Positions 23,574-39,305 of a stretch of DNA of 47,454 nucleotides are shown piece by piece. Under the pieces are notes generated by a model that was not told the origin of the DNA, ran no database searches, and saw only the letters and a program-made list of their open reading frames with translations. Within the stretch, counting starts at the first letter, position 1; each line of letters starts with the position of its first letter. The translations under genes were made by a program, and so were the position numbers. Location of the stretch: contig CAJNYD010000508.1 of assembly GCA_905331295.1 (NCBI GenBank), forward strand, positions 1 through 47,454, given 5' to 3'. This DNA comes from Rotaria socialis (taxonomy: Eukaryota).

Positions 23574-26500
23574 TTTTAGTTAAATTTCATTAGCAGTAGA
23601 CAGTCATAGGCGATAGAATTTCATCGATTTTATGCTTCATTGCATATGTTTTTTCATGTATTTCCGTTTGCTTTTTGAAGTACGCGCTAAGCCATAGGAA
23701 TGAGTACCCTTGAAATAAGATATTTTCTGTTAGGAAATGAATCCTCAATCCAGAGTATTTTAAAAGTAAGTATGTATAGTGTTTAATCAGCTATTCAGTA
23801 ACGGAACGTATTTGTTGGAGTATTGGAGTATTGAAATATTTCAACCAATGAATACATTCGAAGATGCAAAAGAAAATCATTAATATCAACGAGCGTCTGG
23901 TCCTGTCTAAATCTCACATTTTCCATACTACATTCAGTCAACAAATCAACAAAGAAATATATATCTATAAATACATCGTCTCCCATATAAATCTAGATAG
24001 TCTACCGTTGGTCTTGTATTAGAACGTAGTGACAGACATCTATTGTGATAAAAAAAAAAGACATAGAGGGAAACCGAGATTATGCCACGAAAACGTGTAA
24101 GATTCTAGTTTCTTCTTTTGTTCGACGAACGTTCTTCGCTTTCGGCTATCGAATGATTGTTTCTGTAATAGTGTGCAAGAGTATCCTCAAAAAAGAGAAT
24201 CCTATGTTACACTCGAGCAACAACATCTTAGCGGCACCAACGACGAGTCTATTTTCTTTGGTCGTTCTCGTTCTTTCTACTATGATTGCATGCATTGCCT
24301 ACGTCATTGAATAGACATTAGTGCCAATGACTTTTTTCTTTTGCCATACGAGTAAAACCTAAATGGCAATAACAAACAAGATTCCTACTCTAATACTCAT
24401 CCACGTTGCAACTATAGAAAAGAACCACGAGACAGAAAAGGAAAAAGAAAAAGAAAAGAAACAATTTATTATTTTCTATCGGGAAACATTTGTTAATTCA
24501 AAATCTTACGAAGATTTTGTCGATTGCTATCTTTTTATTCTTCTATACTCTGTAAGTATAGCAGGATGGTTTTTATTTGTATGAAAATCGATTTCTTAAA
24601 AGTCTTGCCGAGTATCATAGCAAAGTCGTTTGGTTGTGTGTGAAAAAAGGTAGATCAATGCCGATATATATATATATATACATGCGTTGTATTTTTAAAT
24701 ATATGCCAAGACAACAAAATATGCTAGTTGAGCCATTTCTCTATGTACACTCATTAGATATCTATCTGACTGCGTAGAAATGTTAATCTTGCCTGTTTGT
24801 CGATTGCTGTTCGCCCACCCTTTGGCATCATGTGCTAATGTGTTCGGCATCATCAACTATCTACAGAGCACTGGAACAATTATCGATTGTATGCATTTGC
24901 ACAGTAAACTCATCATTCTAATCATACTTAACAGTCAATCAAGAAGTGGCACCATCAATTTTCATTTTCCATTCTTTATTCATTGTACAGATAAGATACA
25001 AGTGTGCTATTTTTATATATTGTCTAGTCCATGATGACAACAAAAAGAAAATGTAAATATAAAGGTTTTCTTTTTCTTTTTTCATGGCACTATCAACATC
25101 CATCGTATGTACCTTCACCGGGGAATATTCCATCGAGAATCTCACCTTCTATTTTCTTGAAACTATACAGGAATATGTAGGTATAATGAGAAGTTTTAAC
25201 TAATCTATAAATATCACAATTGTAATTTAAAAAAGAAAAGAAAACTTTTATATCCAAGTAAAAATAAAATAGAATAGAATATGAAAAGAAATTCGAACAT
25301 ATAATTTATCCATGTTTGTATTAGTTGTTTTTTAAGGAATAGATTTATGTTGATGAGATCTCAACACGAAATATAGATGAACAACACATACATTAATTAG
25401 TTCTGCTAAAAAACGTGGTTTTCACATTTGCCTCGTGTTCGTCAATGATAATCGTATGAAGATAAATTCTGTGACTGTGCGAATAATGGCGCATGTACGC
25501 ATGCCAGGGTGAAAATTGTTCTGACAATGGATAGAGCAGCCTGAGTAGTAATAGTAGTAGTAACACAAAATGAGAGTCAAGAAGACGACGACGACGAAGA
25601 GAGAGAGATGAGATTGTTGATTAACGGCCCGGATCGTCTTGCTCCCTGTCTATCTTGTTTTTTCCCATTTTTTCTTTTTTCTTGTTCTTCTTCAGCTATA
25701 GCTACTTCTTCTTTTCATATTCAATAATAATCTGGTAGTCTCTTTCCTTTCAGATTTTTGGCTTCGACTAACGTGCTCTATTCTTATTTACGCTAGTTTT
25801 GTTCAGGTAATGAACTATCTATGCTCATGTTATACTATCAATAAAAGAAATAAATGATGCCTTCAATCCAATTATGATCGGAGCACATTGTCGAGAGGGT
25901 GTGGGTGTACGATCGCCCCTCTAAGCCGTCAAAAGCAATGCAGGAAGCTGCATTTTGAAAAAAGTGTTTGCTCAAAAATTGCTTCCTGACTAGATGCGCA
26001 GATTTTTATAAAAAATAGTGCGCTCATACTTGGTAGTCTATATTTATTAAGGAGCTAAATGTTAGCTAGACTAAATTTCTCATTATACTTCAAGAATCAA
26101 TATTCATCCTCTCTTTTTCGTCGTATATAATCTGATTACATTCTTTGAGCATCGTTGATTTTAGTGTTCTAATGTTGATGCGACAGTAGTTACGAGAAAT
26201 GCGATTCTCTTCTTTCTCATCATTCATCGACTAGTAAAAATAGCAGCAGCAGTAGCCACTACTATACTGCTCATCTGCAGTTTCGAACGTCTCTTGTTTG
26301 ATTGTCAGACAAAAAGAAAAAGAGAGAACGAGAAAAGAAAAGAAAAGAGATTAGTATCCATTGAGATTTTTTTAGCGTTCACAGCATCGCATTTATGTAT
26401 GTGTGTGTGTCAAATGCACGATACTTCTAGACTAGCAGAAAAGATGACGAGTGTGAAGTAAAAAAAAGGAAAACTATTTTCGTTATAATGATAGGGAATA

Positions 26501-27905
26501 GGCAAAGAGAAGAAACAGAAATACAAGATAGAAAAAGCAAAGATCTTCCGTAGAATCTTGTGCTTACGCTAACCATTTGTCTAAAGAAAACAACGAAGTA
26601 AGTACAACAAGAAAGATTATTAATTGTGACTAGTCGTATTTTTAGTGTTTTGTTAGCATAAGAAAAATTATTCAAAATTACATTTTGGTTAGCTGAGAGA
26701 ATCTTTTTCTAATTGATTTCGAAACAGGTTGCGTTTTTGTCAAGAATAAACCTGTTCTGTATCCGCTTGTTATAAATTTAGATACATTATATTTTTCTTT
26801 TTGTGCACTATGGTCAGCTTGTTGTACTCTAATTGACATCACGCACATGCATTCTTCGAACAATACATATGTTTTTTGGTCACGCAAACCACTAATTGAG
26901 GCCACTAAACATCCTTCCTATTCACCAACAATTACTTGTTATAGAGTATACTCGCTTTGATTGAAATTTAATTCATTTTTTGTTGTCGTCGTTGTTGTTG
27001 TTGTTACTTGAATAAGGTAGAAAAAAAGATTCCACAACTAGATCGCTATTTTATTCAATAAGAAAAAGATGTTTTCATTTTTTTATTTTATTATTACATG
27101 AAAAAAGTAATGTCACTCTAAATATATGTTTTCTCAAAATCCAACATATGGTTCCGACAGTTGATAATACATATTATTGTCAATTAGAAGTAATGTGTAA
27201 ACTTCAAAATAGTACACTCGCTCAATTCTAAGATTGATAAGTACAAAAATGACAACCGTCTTGAGCAATTAGTTTTTAACACAATACAACAAACAGTAGA
27301 GAAATACTACTTCGAAATGTTTGTCAATGTTAAAATCGTGACAACTTACACAATAAGAACTGTTTCACGTCATTCTTAGTATTAATTATGTTTGCCAACC
27401 ACTCTAGTCAATGTGTAGGCCTAGATAGATATATATGCATATGCACTATTGACATCTAGTCCTTCCTATCTGTCGTTCTACTTCGATGGGTAGTGTTGAA
27501 ATCTGCTCACTTGAGGTTTTCTGTTATATGATTCTTTTTTTTTGTATTATCTCTTTGTTGTTGTCGCCAACTAAACATATGTTGCATGAGTAGAAGAGCG
27601 CATCTTTTCAGAAGAAAATTACAGAGAATGAAAGAACGAGAGATAATTCATTACAGATTTCCTTTTTCTTCCTCGTCGCCATCGTCGTCGTCTCTGGATT
27701 TGCCTAGTATACATTCGTTTGCTCGATAAATGGTACTGTCAAGACGGTCGAGTGTTCTTGAAAGAATGATAATAGAATCGTGCGGTGGTTTAGAAGATAG
27801 ACAGAAACAGACAGAAGGAAATGAGAAAGAGAGAAATCGCTTTTCCGCATAGAAAGAGAATTAATCGTTCACCGATCATGTCGTAATATATAATTAATAC
27901 AACAG

Positions 27906-27908
<3 letters not shown>

Positions 27909-27936
<28 letters not shown>
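27909..27936. repeat. (GA)14 microsatellite
   Basis: Read directly; lies upstream of the PCBP gene. Confidence 0.95.
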
Positions 27937-27940
<4 letters not shown>

Positions 27941-28071
27941 ACGAGAAGGGGGAGAGCCAACAACGAGTACTAATAGTGAAATATTGATGACTCCGTCTCT
28001 CTTTCGTTCTCGAGTTTTTCAATAAAAATATAACGCCATTGAAAGAAAAAAAAAAGAAAGAGAGCAATTAC

Positions 28072-28079
28072 TATAAAAG
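28072..28079 (+). promoter_or_regulatory. Candidate TATA box of the PCBP gene
   Basis: TATAAAAG about 350 bp upstream of the ATG, followed by a probable 5' UTR intron with acceptor TTTTTTAAG at 28307. Confidence 0.4.
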
Positions 28080-28420
28080 GCAAATGGGACGGCTGGCGAT
28101 GGGAGCCAACAACTCGCTTCGTTTTTTCTCTGATGCCACTACATCCGGAAAAGAGAGAAGGGTATCCGGCACAAAAAAAAGAAAATCAAGACCCTTCATT
28201 GCTACAAAATCTGTAATTGAAAGAAATCGATTGAAGACAAAGCATATTACTACTAATAGATCTAGTACACAAATTCAATAATCAATTTTACTTTTACTTT
28301 TTTTAAGGTACACCCTCCTCCCTTCGTCTTCACACATTCGTCACGACCTACCTGCCCTTGATTTTCACCTACGGTATCTGTCCCTATTATACTTAATAAC
28401 GAAAGAAAAGCAAAATTGTG

Positions 28421-30176
<1,756 letters not shown>

Positions 30177-33100
30177 TCTGTGTTTTATTCTTTTTCATTT
30201 GTTCATCGCCTTTTATTTTTGGGATAAAAAAAATATTCGTACAAAAACTTCAAAAAAAAAAACCGAAAATACTAATAATAAACAGCAACAAGATCTCTAT
30301 CACGCATACATACTTCAAAAAAAAGATCAATCGCAATGTTTTGTCGTTTCTCTCTCTATGCAATCGTCCGGTTCGTAGCTACGTATTGTTGCATACTAAC
30401 TTTCGGTAAACGTATGTGCGTGTGTTTCTTTTTTAATAAGTTCTTTTTTGTCATTGGCAGTCTACCATTTGTGTCTGTATCTGTATGTGTATATGTTTTT
30501 TCTTTTTCTTTTTAATGTATTTTTATTTATATGCAAAGATGTGTTGTCTGTATTATCTCTATGGTATGATGCAACGATATAGATTTATGTGTGTAGAGCT
30601 GTACAACAGTGATCGATTAAATTCTTATTTTTATTTATTCTTTTTAACATCTTAATAATCGCAAGACAAAAGTCGCTTTCTTCTTTTACTTCTAAGTGTG
30701 ACAAGCTATTTTTATGTCTCCTCTTTGTTTTGTTTTCTTCAGTTTTCTTTTTCGCATTAATAGCTGACTTACGCTGAGTGTATTTGTGTGGAAGATCTTT
30801 CGAAATTTTATTTTGTTGTTATTACATCAAAAAAATGAAAATCAACCAAAAGCAAGACATGCATCAATTTGATTTTAGAAAAGATACACGAAAAAAATCA
30901 AATAGACAAAAAACCAAAAATGTATTCTTGCATTATTTTACAGATTGAATTTCTTATTTCTTCTTGCATAGAGCAGAAATAAGAAATAATATAGATCTGA
31001 TGACAGCCTATCCAATATCAAATACATATATATAATAAATAAAGTACGTAATTCATAAAATATTAGGATTATTATAGATAAGATAATCCGCCAGGCTTTG
31101 CTATAAAAATAACCTAAGATGAGTTATGTTCGTTGAACGGTTTTATCAAGTAAAAACAACATTTTTTTAATATTTATTTTTCCATTTATTCTATCTGTTT
31201 ATTTTGATGGCAATATTTGTTTTTGGCATTTTCATATAGCAAAAAACCCAAAATATTATTTATAATATCTTTAGTTAAGGATAGTTTATTGTGCATTTAT
31301 GTTTTATACTTAACCTTTAATTGTAGTAGAACTAACGAATCTTGTATTACACTCGAGCATGTATAATAGATTTATTCGAAAGGTCTTCGCTTGCAGACCA
31401 TTTATTTTTGTAGTTAAACAGAACATGAAAAGGGATTAATATAATCTCAAAAGTCTATCAAGAATATTGACTTTAGTCTTTTTATAAGTACTAATTTGAA
31501 ATCTTTAAAGCTAATCAAGGAGAGACTTGAGAGAATTTTTTGAAATTAAATGAGTAATTTTATATATAAATAACTCTACATACTTCAATGATCTAAATTT
31601 ATCATTAGTCTTCGTAAAATAATCGTTTTCCTATTTCTTTTTTCCCCCGGTTGCTCCATGTAACAATTAAGTAGATGGAAAACTTATGAATGTTAATTTA
31701 ATGATTGCATCTGAAAACATTCTGAACACAGACGACCTTTGTTCTTTAATGAACAATTAATTCAAAAACAATAACTCGATTGCTTTTTTACAAGATTTAT
31801 ATCCATTATCATGTAGTTTTGTGAGAATATAATCTTTCAATTGTTTATGTTTTGAAAATGTTTCTAGTGTACTCAAAGGTAGGACATTTCACTTTAATTT
31901 CTTCTTCAATTTAATATCTCAAAGAGATTCTTTTTGATAATGTCTAGTGAAATTATGTAGTCTCAATGCAAAATACACGAGTTCGTTGAAAACATTCAGT
32001 CGTTTTTTTAAAATTCTTCTGTGATTCTCTAAGCGGAAGACAAAAACATTAACGTTTACAATAAGTATAGATAGCCCTTGCATTTCATAGGTACGACCAG
32101 TCTTGATACAACTTTGCATCAATGTATTCATGTACATATAAAACAGATCATTTTGACATTTTAGAACATAAAACCCGCGTCTACTCTATGTGGCTTATGA
32201 TATGCGAGATTTCTAAGATAGATAGGTACTGTTTTGATGCGTATATAAACGATTAATACATGAATATTATTAAAAAAATCGCTAATTGTAATATATTCTT
32301 ACATCGATTCTATTCATTGAGGAGAGATCGCTGATTTAAACAATTATTTGTACATTAATGATATAAATAGAATTTTTCATACTAGTTTTTAGGGATATAG
32401 TATAAATATTGACAAGAACAGTGATAAGGCTAATCTTATTTATCTATCGATAATCTGATAGATAATAGCAACAGTGTTAAAACCAAATGAAAGGAACAAG
32501 GGAAAAAACTACTCTTCTCATTAGCATTTGCTTACCTTGCTTCATTTATATCGTTATCGTCAAAAGGAAATTCTCATTTGAGCAAAAAAACATTTTCTTT
32601 CTTTCAAATACTCAAAGCAAATAATTTAAAACTTTAATTTGCATTCTAATTATATAAAATAACGTTTTCATTCATAAATACCATTAGCGAAAAGCAATGA
32701 AATATATCTTACAATTTTTCGTATAATTAGTATGAATTATTTTCGCTATATTAAAAATAAATATTCGACAATAAGCAATAAGAATCACATTAATATGGAA
32801 GCTTTTTTCCGTTGCTCATAAATGATCATCGAGTAACACTCATTTTTAGACTAATATTATTTCTTCAATTTTTTCCGCTTCACTACACACCAGCATCACT
32901 TGGTTTACTTTATGACTTTTTCTAAAATATAGTATAATAGATAAATTATCATAATCCACTAGATGTGACATTTGATAACATTAAAGCTTGCGTCTAATCG
33001 CAATTGAATTTTTAATTATTATCTATATTAAAGTAGACAAAATAGAAAGAAAACTATTTGAGACTGAAAATAAAGAATATCGAGACAAATGAAAATAGAT

Positions 33101-33420
33101 ATAATTGACTTGGCATTTTTGTTTTATAATTAACATCTGGTTTTGTCTTTGTTCTTTGTGTATTGTCGTGCTGCTGCTAAATAGTCTAAAACGTCATACT
33201 TTGTTCTGTTTCGGATAGTATGTATTTATTCTATAGATTTTTCTCTTATGTTCCATTCGCTTAGTACGTAATAAATAATAATGTGCGGTAAATTTTTAAG
33301 ATAAAATTAGAGTAAAAATTTATTTCTGCTGAATAAATAACAAATAATAAGAAATAAAAGAAAAAGAAAAAGAAAACAACTCATCGAACACTATAAAAAG
33401 AAAACAGTAGCACCTATTGT

Positions 33421-34890
33421 TTATTTATTCGTTTGAGCAATAACTTGTGGTGATGAAGGATGATGATGATGATTATGTAAACGATGTTTTTGTAAAACAA
33501 ATGTTGGTTCATCTGCATTAACACCATGGCATCGTTGCATATGTGTTTTGAGACCTTGTCGTAATTTGAATTTTTTTGGACAACGTATACATTCAAAATT
33601 TCTTAGAGCAACATGAACAATACTATGATGACGATTTAAATTTGATTTATTTGAGAAATCCCGTCCACATAGAAGACATGGAAATTTCTTTGGTAGTGGA
33701 GTTGGTTTAGTAGAAATTATTTCATGATCAACAATTGTATCAATTGATGATGGTGAGATAGATGATGATGACTTAAGAATTTGTTGATGTTGTTGAGCAA
33801 GTAGCGCAGCATGATGTGGATTTGAAACGATGGCAATTAATGCTCCTGTTGCTGGATCAAGAAATTGGGGTGTTGTTGTTGATGATGATGATGATGTATT
33901 TGTTAGAGCTAAAGGTTTATATGAAGAACCAAATGATAAATTTGCTAAATCATGACCATTAATACCAGATGAAAATAAATTTGATCGATGATGTTTTGAT
34001 GACTGTGAATCGAAGATAAGATTGGGCGAAAGAAATTTTGTTGTTGGTTGAGCTATCGCAGTATCTAAAATATAGAGAACGATAGGAAAGTTTTTGTTTT
34101 TTGTTTTTTAAATTTTATAAATAAAATATTACTTGATTGTTTCAGATGATTGAATGATAAAAATGGGGATTCAATAGGCTAAAAAAGAATGGTACATTAA
34201 TGTTTGAAAAACAATTAAGTAAATTGAATTTTGTTTTCGTATATTACTTTATTTTCAAGATTTATTTTATGAGCTATATTACATTTGCGTCGTTTAGCAC
34301 CGACTAATGTTGTTGGTGGTGGTATTATTAAAGGAGAAGAATGTCCATTTCCATTAGTTGTTATTACTGTTCGAGGTTTTTCTTCGCCTTCTTCTGTGTC
34401 ATCATCTTCATAGAGAGGACTTTCCTAAAGGAAAAGACAAGAATTTCTATGTATGTTTAAAATTAAGAAATTTAGCAATTTAAGATACTTGATGATTAGT
34501 GAGAAAACTATTGTTCTGATGTCGTTGACCTTGTAAAATATGTGCACGTTTCGAAAGATTATGTTTAATTTTATTCATAAGTAATTTTTTATCATTATTA
34601 AGTTGTTCAATATCATTTTGAATTTGTTCTATTTGTCGTATTGTACCGCAACATCGGAAACATATAGAACGATTATTAATTAAACCATTTTCATTTTTAC
34701 GCCATAGGCGTTCGAATTTAATGGAAGATGATATTAATCGTTCGATTGACGATATCGAACACCGAGTCGCATATCGTCTATTTAAGGATGACGACGAATA
34801 AGTGACTGTAGAACTAGTTGGATTGGTATTTGTGGATAAAAGTGCATAACATAAAGAACATCGACTTGTCTTTGTATTGAATATATACAT
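33421..34890 (-). CDS. Zinc-finger transcription factor (422 aa, 4 exons): N-terminal C4 (ZAD-like) module and two C-terminal C2H2 fingers
   Basis: Exons 34890-34489, 34424-34248, 34178-34133, 34064-33421 splice in frame. N-terminal CSLC...CFRC followed by a heptad helix; basic AKRRK; FPCLLCGRDFSNKSNLNRHHSIVH and FECIRCPKKFKLRQGLKTHMQRCH. Confidence 0.88.
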
Positions 34891-36809
34891 ATTGAAAGAT
34901 GCTTGATTAGTTCAATTTATTAAAGAAAGTAGAATGACCTTTTTATTTATTTGTTTGTTTGCTTGTTTCTTTTTGTATATCGATCTTTTTTCTTACTCAT
35001 ACGTGATAATAATGGTAGTCGTTGTTATATTCATGCTGACACTCTACTGTTTATAATGTTAGTAGAATAGAAACGCTCCAGGATGATACATTTTCCGTAT
35101 CGAATATCAAGCAAAAGCGACGACTATATGTACGTAAATGCGCTCGATCTTTAGCGTAGTGATGAGTATAACAACAAGATATTTTCTGATCTCTTTCTAT
35201 CGCTCGCTCGCTCTCTCTCTCTCTCTCGTTCTCTCCGAGTGACTTGCATAATCTTGCATTTTTTTTGCTGGTAATAGCTGTCGCTTGTACAATTCCCATT
35301 TCTTTCTTCTCTTTCTGTTTCCCTTCTTTTCTATTTGTGTCTCTCACACAAATTCTTTTCCATGCGCACGTCATTACATCACTTCGCTGACTTTCGTCAC
35401 TAGCGTAGTATACAACCGATCCTTGATGTATATTTATATGTGCCCCTTGGATGATTGTTTCTTTCTCAAACTGCTTGCATATATATGTAAGCTATGTTTT
35501 CTATGAAATGAGATGACAAACATTCAAGTCGATCAACATTTTATTTTTTGATGGACCAAAGTTCGTTCTTCGAATAGTAAAGAAGAAAAGAAAAAGAAAA
35601 AGAAGATGAAAAGGAATATAGAAAAAAAGCAAATGAATTTTCCTTTTCCTTAGCAGTAGCTCTAACGATGATGAGGATGATGATGATAATGATGACGTCA
35701 AACTAGATCACCGTTCGCTCTTATCATTATAAACAGAAACCGACGACCAACACAGCGTGTATAATACATAATGGAATAATGAGTGATGGCCAAATCATCA
35801 ACCAGAATTGTTCTTTCTCTCTCTTACCGAATAAAATGGATGAATGAGTTGATAGGTGAGTGATTGTGAAAGAGTTCACATGACTCTTCTCGTCTACTTT
35901 ACGTGGTTAACCTCAAAATATACCAATATATATATATATATAATAGCATGACAGATGTACATTCACATCAATGCGACTTAAGATGAACGTAAATATCTGT
36001 ATTGCAATACATTTATTCATAATTGTATCGTGACAATAAAAATTTAGCTAATGAAATTAAAACAAAAAAATTTAAAACTTTCTGCTGCCTTCTATTGAAA
36101 GAATTTTTGAGACCAATATATATATATGTATACATATATTTATATATTATGTATCGATTGTATGAATTTTGTTAACTTTTGCTTTTAAATATACAAAAGA
36201 TGCCATCTCTGTTCCATCCATTTCTGTAATCTTCTTTTCTTTCTTTTACTACAGTTGATTAGATTACTCTTCTAACTCCTTTCATCATTCAAGGTTTGCC
36301 CGAGCATGCATCTATAAACATCTTTGCTGTGCTCTTCTCTCGTCATCACCCGTTGACGATGGATACCAACTACTAGAGATAACGCATATATAACAGCATA
36401 AGACAGCGAGCAAGGGATGATAGAGAGAGAGAAAACGACAAAAAGTGTGAGATGTACATGCATGGGTCGAGTTGTGCGAGTGTATGTCGCACCAAAGATA
36501 TATTGAAAAAGACAACAACAGCAATAACCCTCCTCTTTTTTGCTCGTCCTCTCGCTTTTGCGTTTGTAGTGTGTACGTGTTTCTTCATGTTGTTTGCACA
36601 ACGATGATTGACATCACCCATGAGCAGCAGTACTAGCAGCAGCCGCTCCGATATGGGGACCTAAAGAATAGATACGGAAAAGGATGGATATAAAGAGGGA
36701 GGAATGGATAGATGGATGGTAGGGGTGATTTTTGAAGGAGACATTTCTGTATCCTACAATAACGTCAAAAAGAGTAGGAGAATGTTGCCATTTGCGTTTC
36801 AAGTGACTG

Positions 36810-36812
<3 letters not shown>

Positions 36813-36846
<34 letters not shown>
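36813..36846. repeat. (CA)17 microsatellite
   Basis: Read directly. Confidence 0.95.
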
Positions 36847-36847
<1 letters not shown>

Positions 36848-37176
36848 GACAACTATCGTCGTCGTCATCATCATCATCCTTCTGAGAGAAGAAGTAATTC
36901 TGAAGAATAGAAAGTAGCGAGAAAAAGGAGAAAGAGCTAACATATACATGCTGTTAAGGAAATGATACTAATCATTTTTTGTTATAATTGCGTTTATGTT
37001 CTATTTGTTGCTACCAACTGGAAAATCTAGATATGCTATATACAGAAGAGCAGTATGCTAAAAAACATCTCGTCATTCTTTTCTTGGCTGTTAAAGAATG
37101 ATAAAATAAAACCTGATTTATTCAAGTAAAAAAACTAATAAGAAAGTTTGGATAATAAAACAAAACGTGTACGGCA

Positions 37177-39305
37177 CTATGTTGTTGATGTACTCGAACC
37201 AGACATAATCGGTGGTATTCGAGCAAGTCTGTGTAATTTTGGTATTTGTAAATCTCGATCATTATCGTCGTCTCTAGTAGAATCTTTCGTTTGGGATAAT
37301 AATTCATTAGCTACTTGTAATATAGATAGATCACTTCGTTGACCAATAGGTTTCAATGGACGACTTTCATCATAGAAATTGGTATATTTTGACAAGCCCG
37401 TCTATCAAATATCAAATATATAAGCAATATTGAAATGCATCAAAAACAAATATATAAAAAAATTTACTTGATATCTTCGAGGATCGCCTTTTTTCAATCG
37501 AGCATCTTCATAGAGAACACCAGGAACGGGTTGAATAAGATCACCCACATCAGTGGATTGTTCGGGAAGTACTATAAGATAATTCATGAAAAATTTGATT
37601 TTTGTAAAATTATTTCAGAAATAAAATCGACAAACCAAGTTTAACTGTTGTAAATTTTGTTTCTAATCGATTTGATTTTGTTTTCTTTGGTGGTTTAGCT
37701 GGTGGTGTACGTATTTCATTTGTTGGTTTTCGTGATGAAATAACATCACATTTAACACGAATACTAATTATTGATATTAAATTATAGAATCAAAACAAAA
37801 AGAAGTCAACCAAACCTTCTTGATGTAATTTTATCTGGATCAAGTTTAGTAATAGAAATTACGTTTCCATTATCATCAAGTTCAAGTTCTCGATATCCTG
37901 GTGGTCGACTAAGAATACTCTATGTTAGAAAAAAGAGAATTAATAAACAAGTCAAAATTTTCTCTATTCAAGGATATACTTTCAACATTGAATGAGCGGC
38001 AGCCGGAGCTTTCGAAATAGCTTCTTCAACATCCATATCATCAAATAGTTTGGATTCAGTTGGTTTTCTATAACTTTTTGTAGTTGGCGTTCCAGTTAAA
38101 TTCGTTGTTGATGCCAATGCATCAGAACCAAGTTGAGATGATGCTTTTGGTGCAGGCATATATCGATGTTTTCTAGTTATCGTTGCTGGAGTAGAATCCA
38201 AATACGAACTATGTGCATCGATTTGTGGTGGATAGAATAGATCAGATAATGGTTCAAGCTTTAGAAAATGAAATAAATAAAGTTAGTAGTTTTAGAAGTC
38301 CGTTCATTTTGTTTTACCTTCGGTGGTTGTGTTTCAATAACAAGCACATCATGAAAATAAGGTTTTAGTGGTGAAGATGAGAGACTACTATTTTTTTCAC
38401 GTGACAATTCTTTTTCAGTTGCTGTACGATGATCACCATTACTTTCAATTGATTTTTCTCGTTTATTTTGTTCACGAATAAAATCAGATTTTTCTGTTTG
38501 TGAAAGTTTTTTTCGTTGGCTACTCAAACGAGTTGTATGAGCTGCACTTAGGAGTGTTGATCCCGTTGAGGGACGTTGATTTCGATCAGCATTTTCAGAT
38601 ATTAGATTAGTGAGAGGAGCTGTTGATGGACGTTCGACCATATATAGTGGTGATTCTTCCACACTAGACAATAGAAAAAATGTCTCCAAGGACGAAAATT
38701 AACTAAAATAAAAATAAACCTTTGAGGACGTTCTTCTCGACATGCAGGTACAACACCTTCGCCCCAATTATCCATTGTAGATGGTGAAGGTTCTAACACG
38801 AATAATAAAATATTTTTCTAAAAATAATCACTTTTTTTTGCTGTATTTTCCGTTTACCTGCATCTTCTATCCAAAAATCACCAGTAGCTGGTTTTGGTTC
38901 ATCTCTTTCCAAAAATGCCCACTAGATAAAATCAGAAGATGAGAAAAACAGAAAAAACTTTAAAGATACAAAATATATTTTAAAATTTTTATAGCTCACT
39001 TGAATAACATTCGATAAGGCATTTTCTGTCATCATCAGTGTAAATGGTAATAGTTGTCGTCGGATATAGAGCTGTTGAATTTGCCTGGATGTTTCTGCCC
39101 ATATACCTTCAAATATGTCAGCAATAAAATCTTCGGTATCATCATTTTCTAATAATGATAACCAATCTGTTTCATTAAATTTTCCTGGAACTATTTCTAA
39201 TACATTCGTTGGTTGCTTTTCATTTTTCGTTTGATCTTTTCCTGGTGCCTTCAAACTTGATTTAGCTGCTTGACGTCCTTGTTTAGAACCAGTACGCGTT
39301 GCCAT
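37177..39305 (-). CDS. C2orf81 homologue (DUF4639), 542 aa, 9 exons
   Basis: Exons 39305-39000, 38921-38858, 38792-38720, 38663-38318, 38258-37980, 37919-37816, 37763-37636, 37571-37468, 37401-37177. EIVPGKFNETDW...YIRRQLLPFT...QWAFLERDE...WIEDAEPSPSTMDNWGEGVVP matches my recollection of the C2orf81 N-terminal motif pattern. Confidence 0.82.

Noticed and set aside
25881..26025. GC-richer block with imperfect ends GAGCACATT/AGTGCGCTC
   Set aside because: Could be a MITE remnant, but the terminal match is weak and no TSD was found.
35693..35700. CRE palindrome TGACGTCA upstream of the zinc-finger gene
   Set aside because: A single 8-mer at the end of a (GAT)n tract; plausible by chance without conservation data.
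35051..36949. ORFs with ER, VC, HT or poly-S runs
   Set aside because: Translations of microsatellites in the upstream region of the zinc-finger gene.
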